Origin: Kutzneria kofuensis
GTDB taxonomy: Bacteria > Actinomycetota > Actinomycetes > Mycobacteriales > Pseudonocardiaceae
Length of the DNA stretch: 24,000 nt
Assembly: GCF_014203355.1 (NCBI RefSeq)
Contig: NZ_JACHIR010000001.1
Coordinates: 1,280,038 to 1,304,037, forward strand
Direction: 5' to 3'
Part shown: one piece after another, positions 14,946 through 23,024 of the stretch
Numbering within the stretch: the first letter of the stretch is position 1
Layout: every line of letters begins with the position of its first letter
The notes under the pieces: model-generated
Databases searched by the model: none
What the model saw: only the letters and a program-made list of their open reading frames with translations
Told to the model about the DNA's origin: nothing
Made by a program: the position numbers and the translations under genes

Positions 14946-16347
14946 CCAGCAGGTCCGCGATAGCGGCGATACCGGCCTCGATGGCGCGTCGAGGCGTGTC
15001 GCCGAAGCCGAGGACCAGCCGCGGTTCGGTCGGCGGCGTGTGGCACATCCGGGCCAGGCCGTGCAGCCCGACGCCGCGCCGCCGGGCCTGCTCGATCACG
15101 TGGTCCTCGTCGGCGCCGGCGGGCAGGTGCAGGACGGCGTGGAAGCCGGCGGCGAGGCCGGTGACGCGGAGGCCGGGGGCGTGCGTCGCGAGGGCGGCGA
15201 CGAGCGTCTCCCGGCGCGCGGCGTACTCGGCGCGGGCCCGGCGCAGGTGCCGGTCGTAGCGGCCGGACTCGACCAGCAGGGCCAGCGCGAGCTGGTCGAG
15301 GCTGGGGCTGCCGCGGTCGGCGACGTGCTTGCCGTGGGCCAGCGCGCCGAGCAACCGGTCGGGGGCGACGACCCAGCCCAGGCGCAGGGCCGGCGCGAGG
15401 GACTTGCTGACCGTGCCGAGCGAGACGACGCAGTCGGGGCCGAGGCCCTGGACCGAGCCGACGGGATCCCGGTCGTAGCGGAACTCGGCGTCGTAGTCGT
15501 CCTCGATGATCACGCCGTTGTGCCGGCGGGCCCACGCGATCAGCTCCTGCCGGCGGTGCCCGGCGAGCACCACGCCGGTGGGCCACTGGTGGGCCGGCGT
15601 CACGAGCACGGCCCGCGCTCCACTGCGTTCGAGCGCGGCGACGTCCAGGCCGTCCTCGTCGACCGGGACGGGCAAGACCGTCAGGCCGGCGGCGTGCGCC
15701 TGCTCGGTCGTCGACCCGATGGCGCCGGGATCCTCGACGGCGAGCGCGTCGACGCCGTCGGCGGCCAACGCCCGCAGCACCAGGCCGAGCGCCTGGGCCA
15801 TGCCGTTGCAGACGACGACCTGGTCGGCAGCGGCGGCGACTGCCCGAACCCGTCGCAGGTACGCGGCGAGCACCTCCCGCAGCCGACGTTCGCCGGTTGG
15901 ATCGCCGTAGTCGAAGGCCGTGTTCGGGGCCGTACGGCAGACCTCGCGGACCGCCCATGCCCAGTCCTCACGCGGGGCGAGGCGCAGATCCGGGACGCCG
16001 TGCCGGAAGTCCGCGATGGCGTGCCGCGGCGGTACAGGCGGGGTCTCTGGCGTTGACGCGACCGGCCGGGCGGCCGCGCCGGCAGCGACCCGTGTCGCGG
16101 AGCCGGGGCGGCTGGTCAGGTAGCCCTCGGCCTGCAGCTGGACGTAGCAGTCCTGCACGAGACCCCGGGACAGGCCCAACGCCCGGGCGAGTTCACGGGA
16201 GGAGGGCAGCCGTTCCTCGGCGGCCAGCCGGCCTTCGCGAACGGCCTCGCGCAGCTGGTCCTCCAGCTGGGAACGGAGCCCGGCGCCGCCCTCCCGGTCG
16301 ATCGCGATCAGCAGCTCCGGCCCCGAACCGGCCCACTCCACAGCCAT
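14932..16347 (-). CDS. MocR/PdxR-type regulator (GntR HTH fused to a PLP aminotransferase-like domain)
   Basis: N-terminal LPSSRELARALGLSRGLVQDCYVQLQAEGYL (GntR wHTH). C-terminal fold-type-I aminotransferase region with the lysine motif LGTVSKSLAPALRLGW. Confidence 0.9.
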   Translation of the reverse strand: MAVEWAGSGPELLIAIDREGGAGLRSQLEDQLREAVREGRLAAEERLPSSRELARALGLSRGLVQDCYVQLQAEGYLTSRPGSATRVAAGAAARPVASTPETPPVPPRHAIADFRHGVPDLRLAPREDWAWAVREVCRTAPNTAFDYGDPTGERRLREVLAAYLRRVRAVAAAADQVVVCNGMAQALGLVLRALAADGVDALAVEDPGAIGSTTEQAHAAGLTVLPVPVDEDGLDVAALERSGARAVLVTPAHQWPTGVVLAGHRRQELIAWARRHNGVIIEDDYDAEFRYDRDPVGSVQGLGPDCVVSLGTVSKSLAPALRLGWVVAPDRLLGALAHGKHVADRGSPSLDQLALALLVESGRYDRHLRRARAEYAARRETLVAALATHAPGLRVTGLAAGFHAVLHLPAGADEDHVIEQARRRGVGLHGLARMCHTPPTEPRLVLGFGDTPRRAIEAGIAAIADLLVSGS

Positions 16348-16394
16348 GAAACCGGACCTTACCGGTGGACCGGTTCGCTCGTAGCGTTTCCGCC

Positions 16395-17549
16395 ATGACC
16401 ACTGACCTGCGCCTCCGCCCCAGCCTCGTCTCCCGCGCGCTGCTGCTGCGCTTCGTGTCGATCGTGGGCTCCTCGATCGGCTTCTACCTGCCGCTCTCGG
16501 TCGTGCCCCTGTACGCGAAGCAGGCCGGCTCGGACGGCGGCGCCGGGCTGGCGACGGTCGCCCTGCTGCTCGCCACCGTCGCCTGCGAGCTGGTGACGCC
16601 GCGATTGGTCCAACTGGTCGGCTACCGCTGGGCGCTGGCCCTCGGGCTGACTCTGCTCGGCGCGCCGACCCTCCTGCTGACCGTCAGCGACCGGACCTGG
16701 GTGATCGTCGCCGTCAGCGTGGTGCGGGGCGCGGGGTTCGCGATCGCCGTCGTCGCCGGCGGCGCCATCACGGCCACGCTCATCCCCACCGAACGCCGCG
16801 GCGAGGGTCTCGCCCTCGTCGGGATCGTCGGCGGAATCCCGGGCACGCTGGCGTTACCCGCCGGTGTCTGGGCCGCCGCACAGTGGGGCTACGAGTCGGT
16901 TTTCGTCACGACGGCGGTCGTCACCCTGCTCGCCCTGCTGTCGCTGCCCGGCCTGCCCCGCACCGCACCGGCGATCACCGGCGAGGGCCATCAGAGCGTG
17001 CTGGCCGGCCTGCGCAACGCCGTTCTCGTGCGGCCGGCGACGATCTTCGCCGCATCGGCCGGGGCCGCCGGGGTGCTCGTCACCTTCCTCCCGCTCGCCA
17101 CCACCGACCGCCCGGCCTGGGTTGCCGCCGCCGCTCTGCTGGCCCAGCCCGCCGCGTCCACTGTGGCCCGCTGGGCCGCCGGCCGTCTCGGCGATCGCTA
17201 CGGCTCAGGCCGCCTGCTCGTGCCCGGTCTCGTCCTGGCCGCCGCCGGCATGGCCGCCATCGCCTTCACCGGCACGCCCTCGCTGGTCATCGGCGGCGCG
17301 CTCGTCTTCGGCGCCGGGTTCGGCGTGCTGCAGAACGCCACCCTCGCGCTGATGTACGCCCGCGTGCCCGCCGGCGGCGAAGGTCCCGTGAGCGCCATCT
17401 GGAACGCCGCCTACGACCTCGGTATGGCCGCCGGCGCGCTGTGCGCCGGGCTGGTCGTCACCTCGATCGGCTACCCCGGGACCTTCCTGCTCGCCGCCGT
17501 CGTCATCCTCCCCGCGCTCGCCCTCGTGCGCCGCGACCGCCGTCCCTGA
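16395..17549 (+). CDS. MFS transporter
   Basis: About 12 hydrophobic helices across roughly 384 aa, in a divergent arrangement with the MocR regulator. Start is the ATG at 16395 (MTTDLRL) or the GTG at 16365; neither has a clear RBS. Stop TGA at 17547-17549. Confidence 0.85.
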   Translation: MTTDLRLRPSLVSRALLLRFVSIVGSSIGFYLPLSVVPLYAKQAGSDGGAGLATVALLLATVACELVTPRLVQLVGYRWALALGLTLLGAPTLLLTVSDRTWVIVAVSVVRGAGFAIAVVAGGAITATLIPTERRGEGLALVGIVGGIPGTLALPAGVWAAAQWGYESVFVTTAVVTLLALLSLPGLPRTAPAITGEGHQSVLAGLRNAVLVRPATIFAASAGAAGVLVTFLPLATTDRPAWVAAAALLAQPAASTVARWAAGRLGDRYGSGRLLVPGLVLAAAGMAAIAFTGTPSLVIGGALVFGAGFGVLQNATLALMYARVPAGGEGPVSAIWNAAYDLGMAAGALCAGLVVTSIGYPGTFLLAAVVILPALALVRRDRRP

Positions 17550-17584
17550 CGGTCGGCAACGTCATCTGTCCGGCTGACGTACGC

Positions 17585-17619
17585 GAAGGCCTGACCGCTG
17601 GACGAGCGGTCAGGCCTTC
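17585..17619. terminator. Bidirectional terminator hairpin between the convergent MFS and GH35 genes
   Basis: Perfect 15-bp stem: GAAGGCCTGACCGCT (17585-17599), loop GGACG, AGCGGTCAGGCCTTC (17605-17619). Confidence 0.8.
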
Positions 17620-17627
17620 GGGTCTCG

Positions 17628-20600
17628 TCAGGCGCAGGTGAGGGTCGGCAGCGCCCAGTCGGAATGGTCGGAGCCGTTGCCGTCACCGCCGTCGCCCACG
17701 ATCAGGTCGAGGATCTGGCCGCCGGTCACCGGAACGTCGATGGACGCGGCGGGTTGGCCGCCCCGCATCACCGGTGTGGTGACGAGGTTCGTGCCGTCGA
17801 GGGCGACGGTGAAGGTGACGGAGCCGCTGGTGCCGACCTCGCCGTCGACGCCGACGGAAGCGGTGAACCGGCTGCACTTGCCGGCGAGATACACCTGGAC
17901 GTCGCCGACGGCGTGCACGCCGAGCCCCTTGGCGTAGGCCGTGCCGGCAATGGTCATCGGCTTGCCGTCACCGGCGGCGTCCTCGCCGTTGCTGGTGTCC
18001 CGCTCGACCGGCCCCCACCCGTTGGTGGCGGAGAGGAACGGCAGGCCGCTCACCGCCACCTGACCGGCCGGTGGCGAGGCCGGCACGGTGCCGATGATCC
18101 GTTCGTCGTGCACGGTCTCGCGGCCGACACGGGCGGTTGCCTTGAGCGCGGCGGGGGTCAGGGCGCCGGTCGGGGCGGTCACCGGCCACGAGAAGGTGTT
18201 GCCGTCACGCGTGACGGCGCCGACGGTCCAGCCCTCGGGCGCGGTCAACGTGACGTCCCGAGCGTACGGACGAACCGTTGCGGTGGCGGTGAACTGCTGG
18301 CCGCTGGACACCGTGTTCGGCACGGACAGGGTCACCGAGCCACGCGGGGCCGCCGGCTGCGCGTACTTGTGCGCATCGTAGCCGGGCGAGTAGTTCGGCC
18401 GGACGGCCAGCGGCGAGGCGTAGCTGCCGTAGTTGGTCAACGAGACCGACCCGAGGCCGCCTGTGCTGCCGTCGAGGTTCCACACGGCGATGGCGATCGT
18501 GTTGTCCCCGTTGGGGTTCAGCACGCCGTTGGGAATCGGGAAGCTGTGCTGCGGCCCGAGGTAGTTGACGTACTGCCCCATCTGCCAGCCGTTCACGAAG
18601 ATCAACGCCCGGTACTGGCGGGACGGGTCGTCGCTGATCGTGACGCCGACGGAGGTGTCCTGGCCGCGCGGCAGGTCGAGGCGGACGTTGGTGCGGTACC
18701 AGGAGACGCCGGGCGTGGAGTCCTTGGCCGGCAACGACGTCTGCGACCAGGACCGGTCCGGGTAGCCGGGCAGCGACATGCCGGTGCGCTCCCCGTACAG
18801 GCCGCCGGTGTTCAGCGGGCCGCGCACCTTGTCCAGACCGTTGGCCCCCTGCAGCCGCCAGGTGACGGAGGTCAGCGGCGAGCCGGTGAGCCGGGCGGCG
18901 ACCAGGCCGCGGGCGGCCTTGTTGCCGTTGGAGGCGTTGTAGTCCTCCTCGTGCCCCATGTTGACGGTCAGCACCGACAGCTCGTTGTCGCCCGTGCGCA
19001 GCGTGCCGGCCGGGAAGGCGAAGGTGTGCTGCGCAGTGGTGGAGCTGCCGAGGAAGGTCCCGTTGAGCCACACCGACATCGCGCCGGCCGGACCGCCGCT
19101 CTGGGACGACAGGCTGATGCCGGTCTGCTTGCCGTCGCCGACGAACTTGCCTCGGTACCAGGTGTTTCCGGTGTGGAAGCCGTAGTCGTCGGCGAACAGC
19201 ACCGGCAGCGTGCCGGGGGCGGTGCTGCTGTTGGTGGTCATCTTGTCGGCCACCGGCCAGGTCGAGTCGTCGAAGCCGGGCTGGCTCTCCGGCGACTCCT
19301 GCTGGTGCTTCCAGTTCGTCAGCGCGGGCAGCGTGACGGGCTTGGCCACCGGCAGGGTCCCGGTCCGGCTGCCGCTGCCGGTGGATTGCGTCCGCACATC
19401 GCGGCCGTTCCAGGTGATCCGGTCGGCGGCGCTGAACACCTCGACGGAGCCGTCGGTGTCGGTGTCGCCGGTCAGCGCCAGCGTGTGGCCGGAGTAGTTG
19501 GCGGTGCGCAGCAGGTGGGTGCCACGGACCAGCACCGGCCCGGTGGCGGTGTCCTGACGCCAGAACGTCTCCGCGGTCGCCTTGTCGCCGAGCAGGAGCA
19601 GCAGCGGCCGGGAACCCGGTTCGCTCACCAGAACACGAGTGAGTCCGTAGTGTACGTAGTTCAGCCGGAGGTCGCCGCGGCTGGCGTCCCAGGTGCTGGT
19701 GGCCGAGCCGTCGAGCACGGTCACCGTGGGCTGCTTGGCGTACCGCAGCACGGTCTCGCCCGGCTGCCCCTTGTCCCCGTACAGGACGGCGACGTCACGG
19801 TTGCCGATGGTCGCGTTGGTCGCGATCTCCGACGTCGAGTACTGCATCCGCGACTGCCCGAGGTCGTAGCCGGCGACGAGGATCTTCGACTCGCGGCCGT
19901 TCAGCGTGATGCCGGTGTCCGGCTGCTGCGGCACCGACGGGTAGTAGTCGCCCGTCGCGGCGGTCAACAGGTCCACGGCGTCCACGACGACGAAGGCGCC
20001 GGTCGCGGACGGGTTCTTCTGGCCGGTGACGACGATCTTCAGCGTGTGCGGGCCGTTGGCCAGGCCCCGCACCTCGTACGCGCTGAACTGGTTCTGCTTG
20101 GACGCCGAGTACAGGTCGACGGTGCTGACCTTGGCGCCGTCCAGGTAGACGTCGGCGATGCCGTGGTTGCCGTCCTTGGACGTGACCCAGCGGATCCCGG
20201 GGCCGGTGAAGGGAATGCTCACGCTGTCGTCGGTGGTGTTCGAGAACGACTCGGTGTGCTGGTAGTCGCCGCCGGTGTAGTTCTGCTCCGGCCCGACATG
20301 GCTCCACGTCCCGGAATACGTCAGCGCCGACGCCGGATCGTCATACGTGTAGCCGGAATGCGCCGCCAGGTCGAGCGCCATGTGCGTCGTGTTGGTGGCG
20401 GTCGAGGTGGAGTCCCCGTGCCGCAGCGTGTGGAACTGCGTGTGCGTGTCGGGGTTGATGCGGGCCGTGTCGGCCAGCGCGGCGTCGGTGAGCGGCGCGG
20501 CGCCGAGGCCGTCGGTCTTGGTCAGCGGCGCCACCGCCTGGGTGAACTCGCCGATCAGCTTGTCCTCGTAGTACTTCGGGTCGAACTGCCGGCTCTCGGT

Positions 20601-21665
20601 GATGGCCGCGCCGTAGTCGTAGGACGTGTAGTTCTGCGGGATCGCGTTCCAGCCCCAGGACGTGCCGCCGTAGAGCATGTAGAAGCTCTGCGCGGTCGCG
20701 CCGACGGCGATGTTCTGCTTGTAGAACACGTTCGCGAACTGGTCGTTGATCAGCTGGGCGCACTTGTCGTAGCCGGGGCCGCCCCACGGGTCGAAGGCGC
20801 CGCCCTGGAACTCCGGCGTGTACAGCGGCTTTCCGGCGGGGTGGTCGTAGCTGATGTCGGGCACGCCGTTCCACTTGGTCGGGTGCGAGCAGTCGAAGCC
20901 CTGCGAGTAGGAGTCCGGGCCGTCCACGTCCAGCGCCGCCGCGCCGGAGTTGAAGGTGCCGTTGTTGTTGCCGGTCAAGGGCACCGTGATGCCGTCGGCG
21001 CGGGCCTTGTCCTCCAGGTGCTGCATGTACGTGCGGCCGGCGGCGCTGCCGTTGTAGTACTCGTTCTCCACCTGGTAGGCGATGATGCTGCCGCCGCCGT
21101 CGGTCAGCTGGTGCCGCTTGAGGATGCCGTCGATCTGCGACTGCCACTCGTCGGAGTAGGCCAGGTACGTCGGGTCGGCCGAGCGGGTGTGGCCCGGGGT
21201 GGTGGACAGCCAGGTCGGGAAGCCGCCGCCGTCGACCTCGGCGTTGATGTACGGCCCGGGCCGGGCGATCACGTACAGGCCGGCCCGCTCGGCCATGTCC
21301 AGGACCTTGTCGATGTCGCGGACGCCGCTGTAGTCGTAGACGCCCTGGGCCGGCGACTGGTAGCCCCAGTCGAAGTACAGGGAGGTGGCGTTGAAGCCGG
21401 CCGCCTTCATCTTCTGGAAGATGTCCAGCCACAGGTCGGGGCTCGGCAACCGGTAGTAGTGGAACTCGCCGGACCACAGGTAGGTGCGGTTGCCGTCGAT
21501 CAGGAACGAGTAGCCGTCGTAGGTGATCTTGTGGCTGGCCCGCGGCGGCGCGGCCGTGGCCGGCGCGGAGGTCGCGGTCAGTCCGGTCAGCGCCAGGGCG
21601 AGGCCGGCGACCAGCGCCAGCAGGGGGCGGGACCAGGGGGCTGATTTGCGGCGGCGTGGACGCAT
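17628..21665 (-). CDS. Secreted GH35 beta-galactosidase with C-terminal NEW3 and NPCBM carbohydrate-binding modules (1345 aa)
   Basis: ATG at 21665 with GGGAGA 5 nt upstream. Signal peptide MRPRRRKSAPWSRPLLALVAGLALALTGLTATSAPATA. GH35 motifs GPYINAEVDGGGFP, QVENEY (acid/base) and PEFQGGAFDPWGG (nucleophile). The C-terminus LSATNGWGPVERDTSNGE...YAKGLGVHA is NPCBM-like. Confidence 0.9.
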   Translation of the reverse strand: MRPRRRKSAPWSRPLLALVAGLALALTGLTATSAPATAAPPRASHKITYDGYSFLIDGNRTYLWSGEFHYYRLPSPDLWLDIFQKMKAAGFNATSLYFDWGYQSPAQGVYDYSGVRDIDKVLDMAERAGLYVIARPGPYINAEVDGGGFPTWLSTTPGHTRSADPTYLAYSDEWQSQIDGILKRHQLTDGGGSIIAYQVENEYYNGSAAGRTYMQHLEDKARADGITVPLTGNNNGTFNSGAAALDVDGPDSYSQGFDCSHPTKWNGVPDISYDHPAGKPLYTPEFQGGAFDPWGGPGYDKCAQLINDQFANVFYKQNIAVGATAQSFYMLYGGTSWGWNAIPQNYTSYDYGAAITESRQFDPKYYEDKLIGEFTQAVAPLTKTDGLGAAPLTDAALADTARINPDTHTQFHTLRHGDSTSTATNTTHMALDLAAHSGYTYDDPASALTYSGTWSHVGPEQNYTGGDYQHTESFSNTTDDSVSIPFTGPGIRWVTSKDGNHGIADVYLDGAKVSTVDLYSASKQNQFSAYEVRGLANGPHTLKIVVTGQKNPSATGAFVVVDAVDLLTAATGDYYPSVPQQPDTGITLNGRESKILVAGYDLGQSRMQYSTSEIATNATIGNRDVAVLYGDKGQPGETVLRYAKQPTVTVLDGSATSTWDASRGDLRLNYVHYGLTRVLVSEPGSRPLLLLLGDKATAETFWRQDTATGPVLVRGTHLLRTANYSGHTLALTGDTDTDGSVEVFSAADRITWNGRDVRTQSTGSGSRTGTLPVAKPVTLPALTNWKHQQESPESQPGFDDSTWPVADKMTTNSSTAPGTLPVLFADDYGFHTGNTWYRGKFVGDGKQTGISLSSQSGGPAGAMSVWLNGTFLGSSTTAQHTFAFPAGTLRTGDNELSVLTVNMGHEEDYNASNGNKAARGLVAARLTGSPLTSVTWRLQGANGLDKVRGPLNTGGLYGERTGMSLPGYPDRSWSQTSLPAKDSTPGVSWYRTNVRLDLPRGQDTSVGVTISDDPSRQYRALIFVNGWQMGQYVNYLGPQHSFPIPNGVLNPNGDNTIAIAVWNLDGSTGGLGSVSLTNYGSYASPLAVRPNYSPGYDAHKYAQPAAPRGSVTLSVPNTVSSGQQFTATATVRPYARDVTLTAPEGWTVGAVTRDGNTFSWPVTAPTGALTPAALKATARVGRETVHDERIIGTVPASPPAGQVAVSGLPFLSATNGWGPVERDTSNGEDAAGDGKPMTIAGTAYAKGLGVHAVGDVQVYLAGKCSRFTASVGVDGEVGTSGSVTFTVALDGTNLVTTPVMRGGQPAASIDVPVTGGQILDLIVGDGGDGNGSDHSDWALPTLTCA

Positions 21666-21682
21666 GCGGGTCTCCCAAGCTC

Positions 21683-21715
21683 GTGCACCGGTGCACCGAA
21701 AGCTGCACGAAAGCT
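21683..21715. promoter_or_regulatory. Candidate operator or 5'-UTR element upstream of the GH35 gene
   Basis: Perfect 14-bp palindrome GTGCACCGGTGCAC (21683-21696), followed by the direct repeat CGAAAGCT at 21697-21704 and 21708-21715. It lies 18-50 nt upstream of the GH35 ATG. Confidence 0.35.
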
Positions 21716-22060
21716 AAGCAATCCAGCAGAGTCGGTCAAGACTCAACAATGCGAAACAGTCGACACCCGCTGCACGGTGTAGGCCGACTGGCGCAACACC
21801 TCCGGCGAATGGTCTCTGACCTGTCCGTTCCGGATGATTGTCCACGTACTGGACGAAAGTCGGGCCGACACATAACCAAACGCATTCGAACATTTCACCA
21901 CTGGAGCCATGCGAAGAGACGCGGTGCAACGGTGCGCCACACCGTCGACCTCACGGCCGTCGTCGGCGCCTGCCGCCACGGGGACGCCGTCGGCAGGATC
22001 GTCGTCGCCGCGGCCCACTGACGGGTGTCGATTCGGGGGCGGCTCGTTCGACGCAGGGGT

Positions 22061-22591
22061 ATGACTGACGCCATGAACGAACCGACCTCGACTCGGAACC
22101 TCGACCAATACGGGAACGCGGAGCTGCCGTGGAGCCGGCCCCGCGACATCCTGGCCACGGACACGCCGACGGAAGACCTGACGTTCTTCGTGGCGACGAT
22201 GCGTCCGGACGGGCGGCCGCACACGGCCGGCGTCGGGGCCGTGTGGGTGGACGACACGTTGTACTTCGTCGGCGGTCCGGGGACGCGCAGGTCGCGCAAC
22301 CTGGCGGCGAACCCGGCGTGCAGCGTGGCGGTGCGCCTGCGCGGCATCGACCTGACGCTGGAGGGCGACGCCCACCGGGTCACCGACGCGGCGACCCTGG
22401 AGCGGCTGGCCGGCGTCTTCCGCAGCGGCGGTTGGCCGGCGACCGTGGCAGGTGATGCGCTCACTGCGCCGTACAACGCGCCCAGCGCGGGGCCGCCGCC
22501 CTGGCATCTCTACCGCCTGACGCTGCACTCCGCGGTCGGTGTGGCCTGCGCGGAGCCGTACGGCGCTACCCGCTGGACCTTCGCCCACTAG
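22061..22591 (+). CDS. Pyridoxamine 5'-phosphate oxidase (PNPOx/FMN- or F420-binding split-barrel) family protein
   Basis: The core FFVATMRPDGRPHTAGVGAVWVDDTLYFVGGPGTRRSRNLAANPACSVAV is typical of the family. The start is uncertain (ATG at 22061 or 22073, or GTG at 22025); none has a well-spaced RBS. Stop TAG at 22589-22591. Confidence 0.75.
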   Translation: MTDAMNEPTSTRNLDQYGNAELPWSRPRDILATDTPTEDLTFFVATMRPDGRPHTAGVGAVWVDDTLYFVGGPGTRRSRNLAANPACSVAVRLRGIDLTLEGDAHRVTDAATLERLAGVFRSGGWPATVAGDALTAPYNAPSAGPPPWHLYRLTLHSAVGVACAEPYGATRWTFAH

Positions 22592-22594
22592 CGG

Positions 22595-22951
22595 TCACAG
22601 CGCCCCCTGCTCGTGGAAGCTGCGCCGCCATGTCCCGTCGTCGAGCACGTAGACGCTGGTGCACGAGAGCAACTCCGGGACGGCCGAGTCGGTCGGGAGA
22701 AGCCGGGCGGTGTAGGTCAGGACGACGGCGGCGTCGGTGAGGTCGACCGTCCGCGTCGACTCCAGCCGGCAGGCCCGCCACCGGGACGGAGCCTCGTAGT
22801 GGTCGAGGACTTCCTTGCGCCGCAGGGCCCGGTCGGCGAACAGGAGCACGGCGCCGTCGGTCATCAGGCGGTCCAGGAACTCCGCGGCCGCGCCGGCGAC
22901 GATGGCGTCCCAGCAGGCCTGTTCCAGTTCCCACGGTCCTGGAATGCGCAT
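22595..22951 (-). CDS. SnoaL/NTF2-like (DUF4440-like) small protein
   Basis: ATG at 22951 (MRIPGPWELEQACWDAIVAG...) and a size of about 118 aa fit the alpha+beta-barrel NTF2-like pattern. The family call is tentative. Stop TGA at 22597-22595, 3 nt from the convergent PNPOx stop. Confidence 0.6.
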   Translation of the reverse strand: MRIPGPWELEQACWDAIVAGAAAEFLDRLMTDGAVLLFADRALRRKEVLDHYEAPSRWRACRLESTRTVDLTDAAVVLTYTARLLPTDSAVPELLSCTSVYVLDDGTWRRSFHEQGAL

Positions 22952-23024
22952 CCGCCCGACGCCCCGTGCTCGACTCGACAACAGTTTCCCGCACAAAGTG
23001 TTGCATAGTGCACGGCAAATCACC

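Noticed and set aside
17664-21644. A 1326-aa plus-strand ORF opposite the GH35 gene.
   Set aside because: It is an antisense shadow of a gene with clear GH35, NEW3 and NPCBM motifs. Its translation is low-complexity (G/R/A/V-rich).
22019-22021. The in-frame TGA upstream of the PNPOx ORF read as selenocysteine or programmed read-through.
   Set aside because: I could not recognise a SECIS-like hairpin immediately downstream. PNPOx-family proteins are not known selenoproteins, and the normal-length protein starts downstream of the TGA.
21909-22064. A 51-codon ORF whose TGA overlaps the PNPOx ATG at 22061 (ATGA), suggesting a coupled upstream ORF.
   Set aside because: Its frame has only about 76 percent GC3, whereas a different frame over the same DNA has 30 of 30 G/C-ending codons. 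Its GGAG lies only 2 nt from the ATG. The overlap is probably coincidental.
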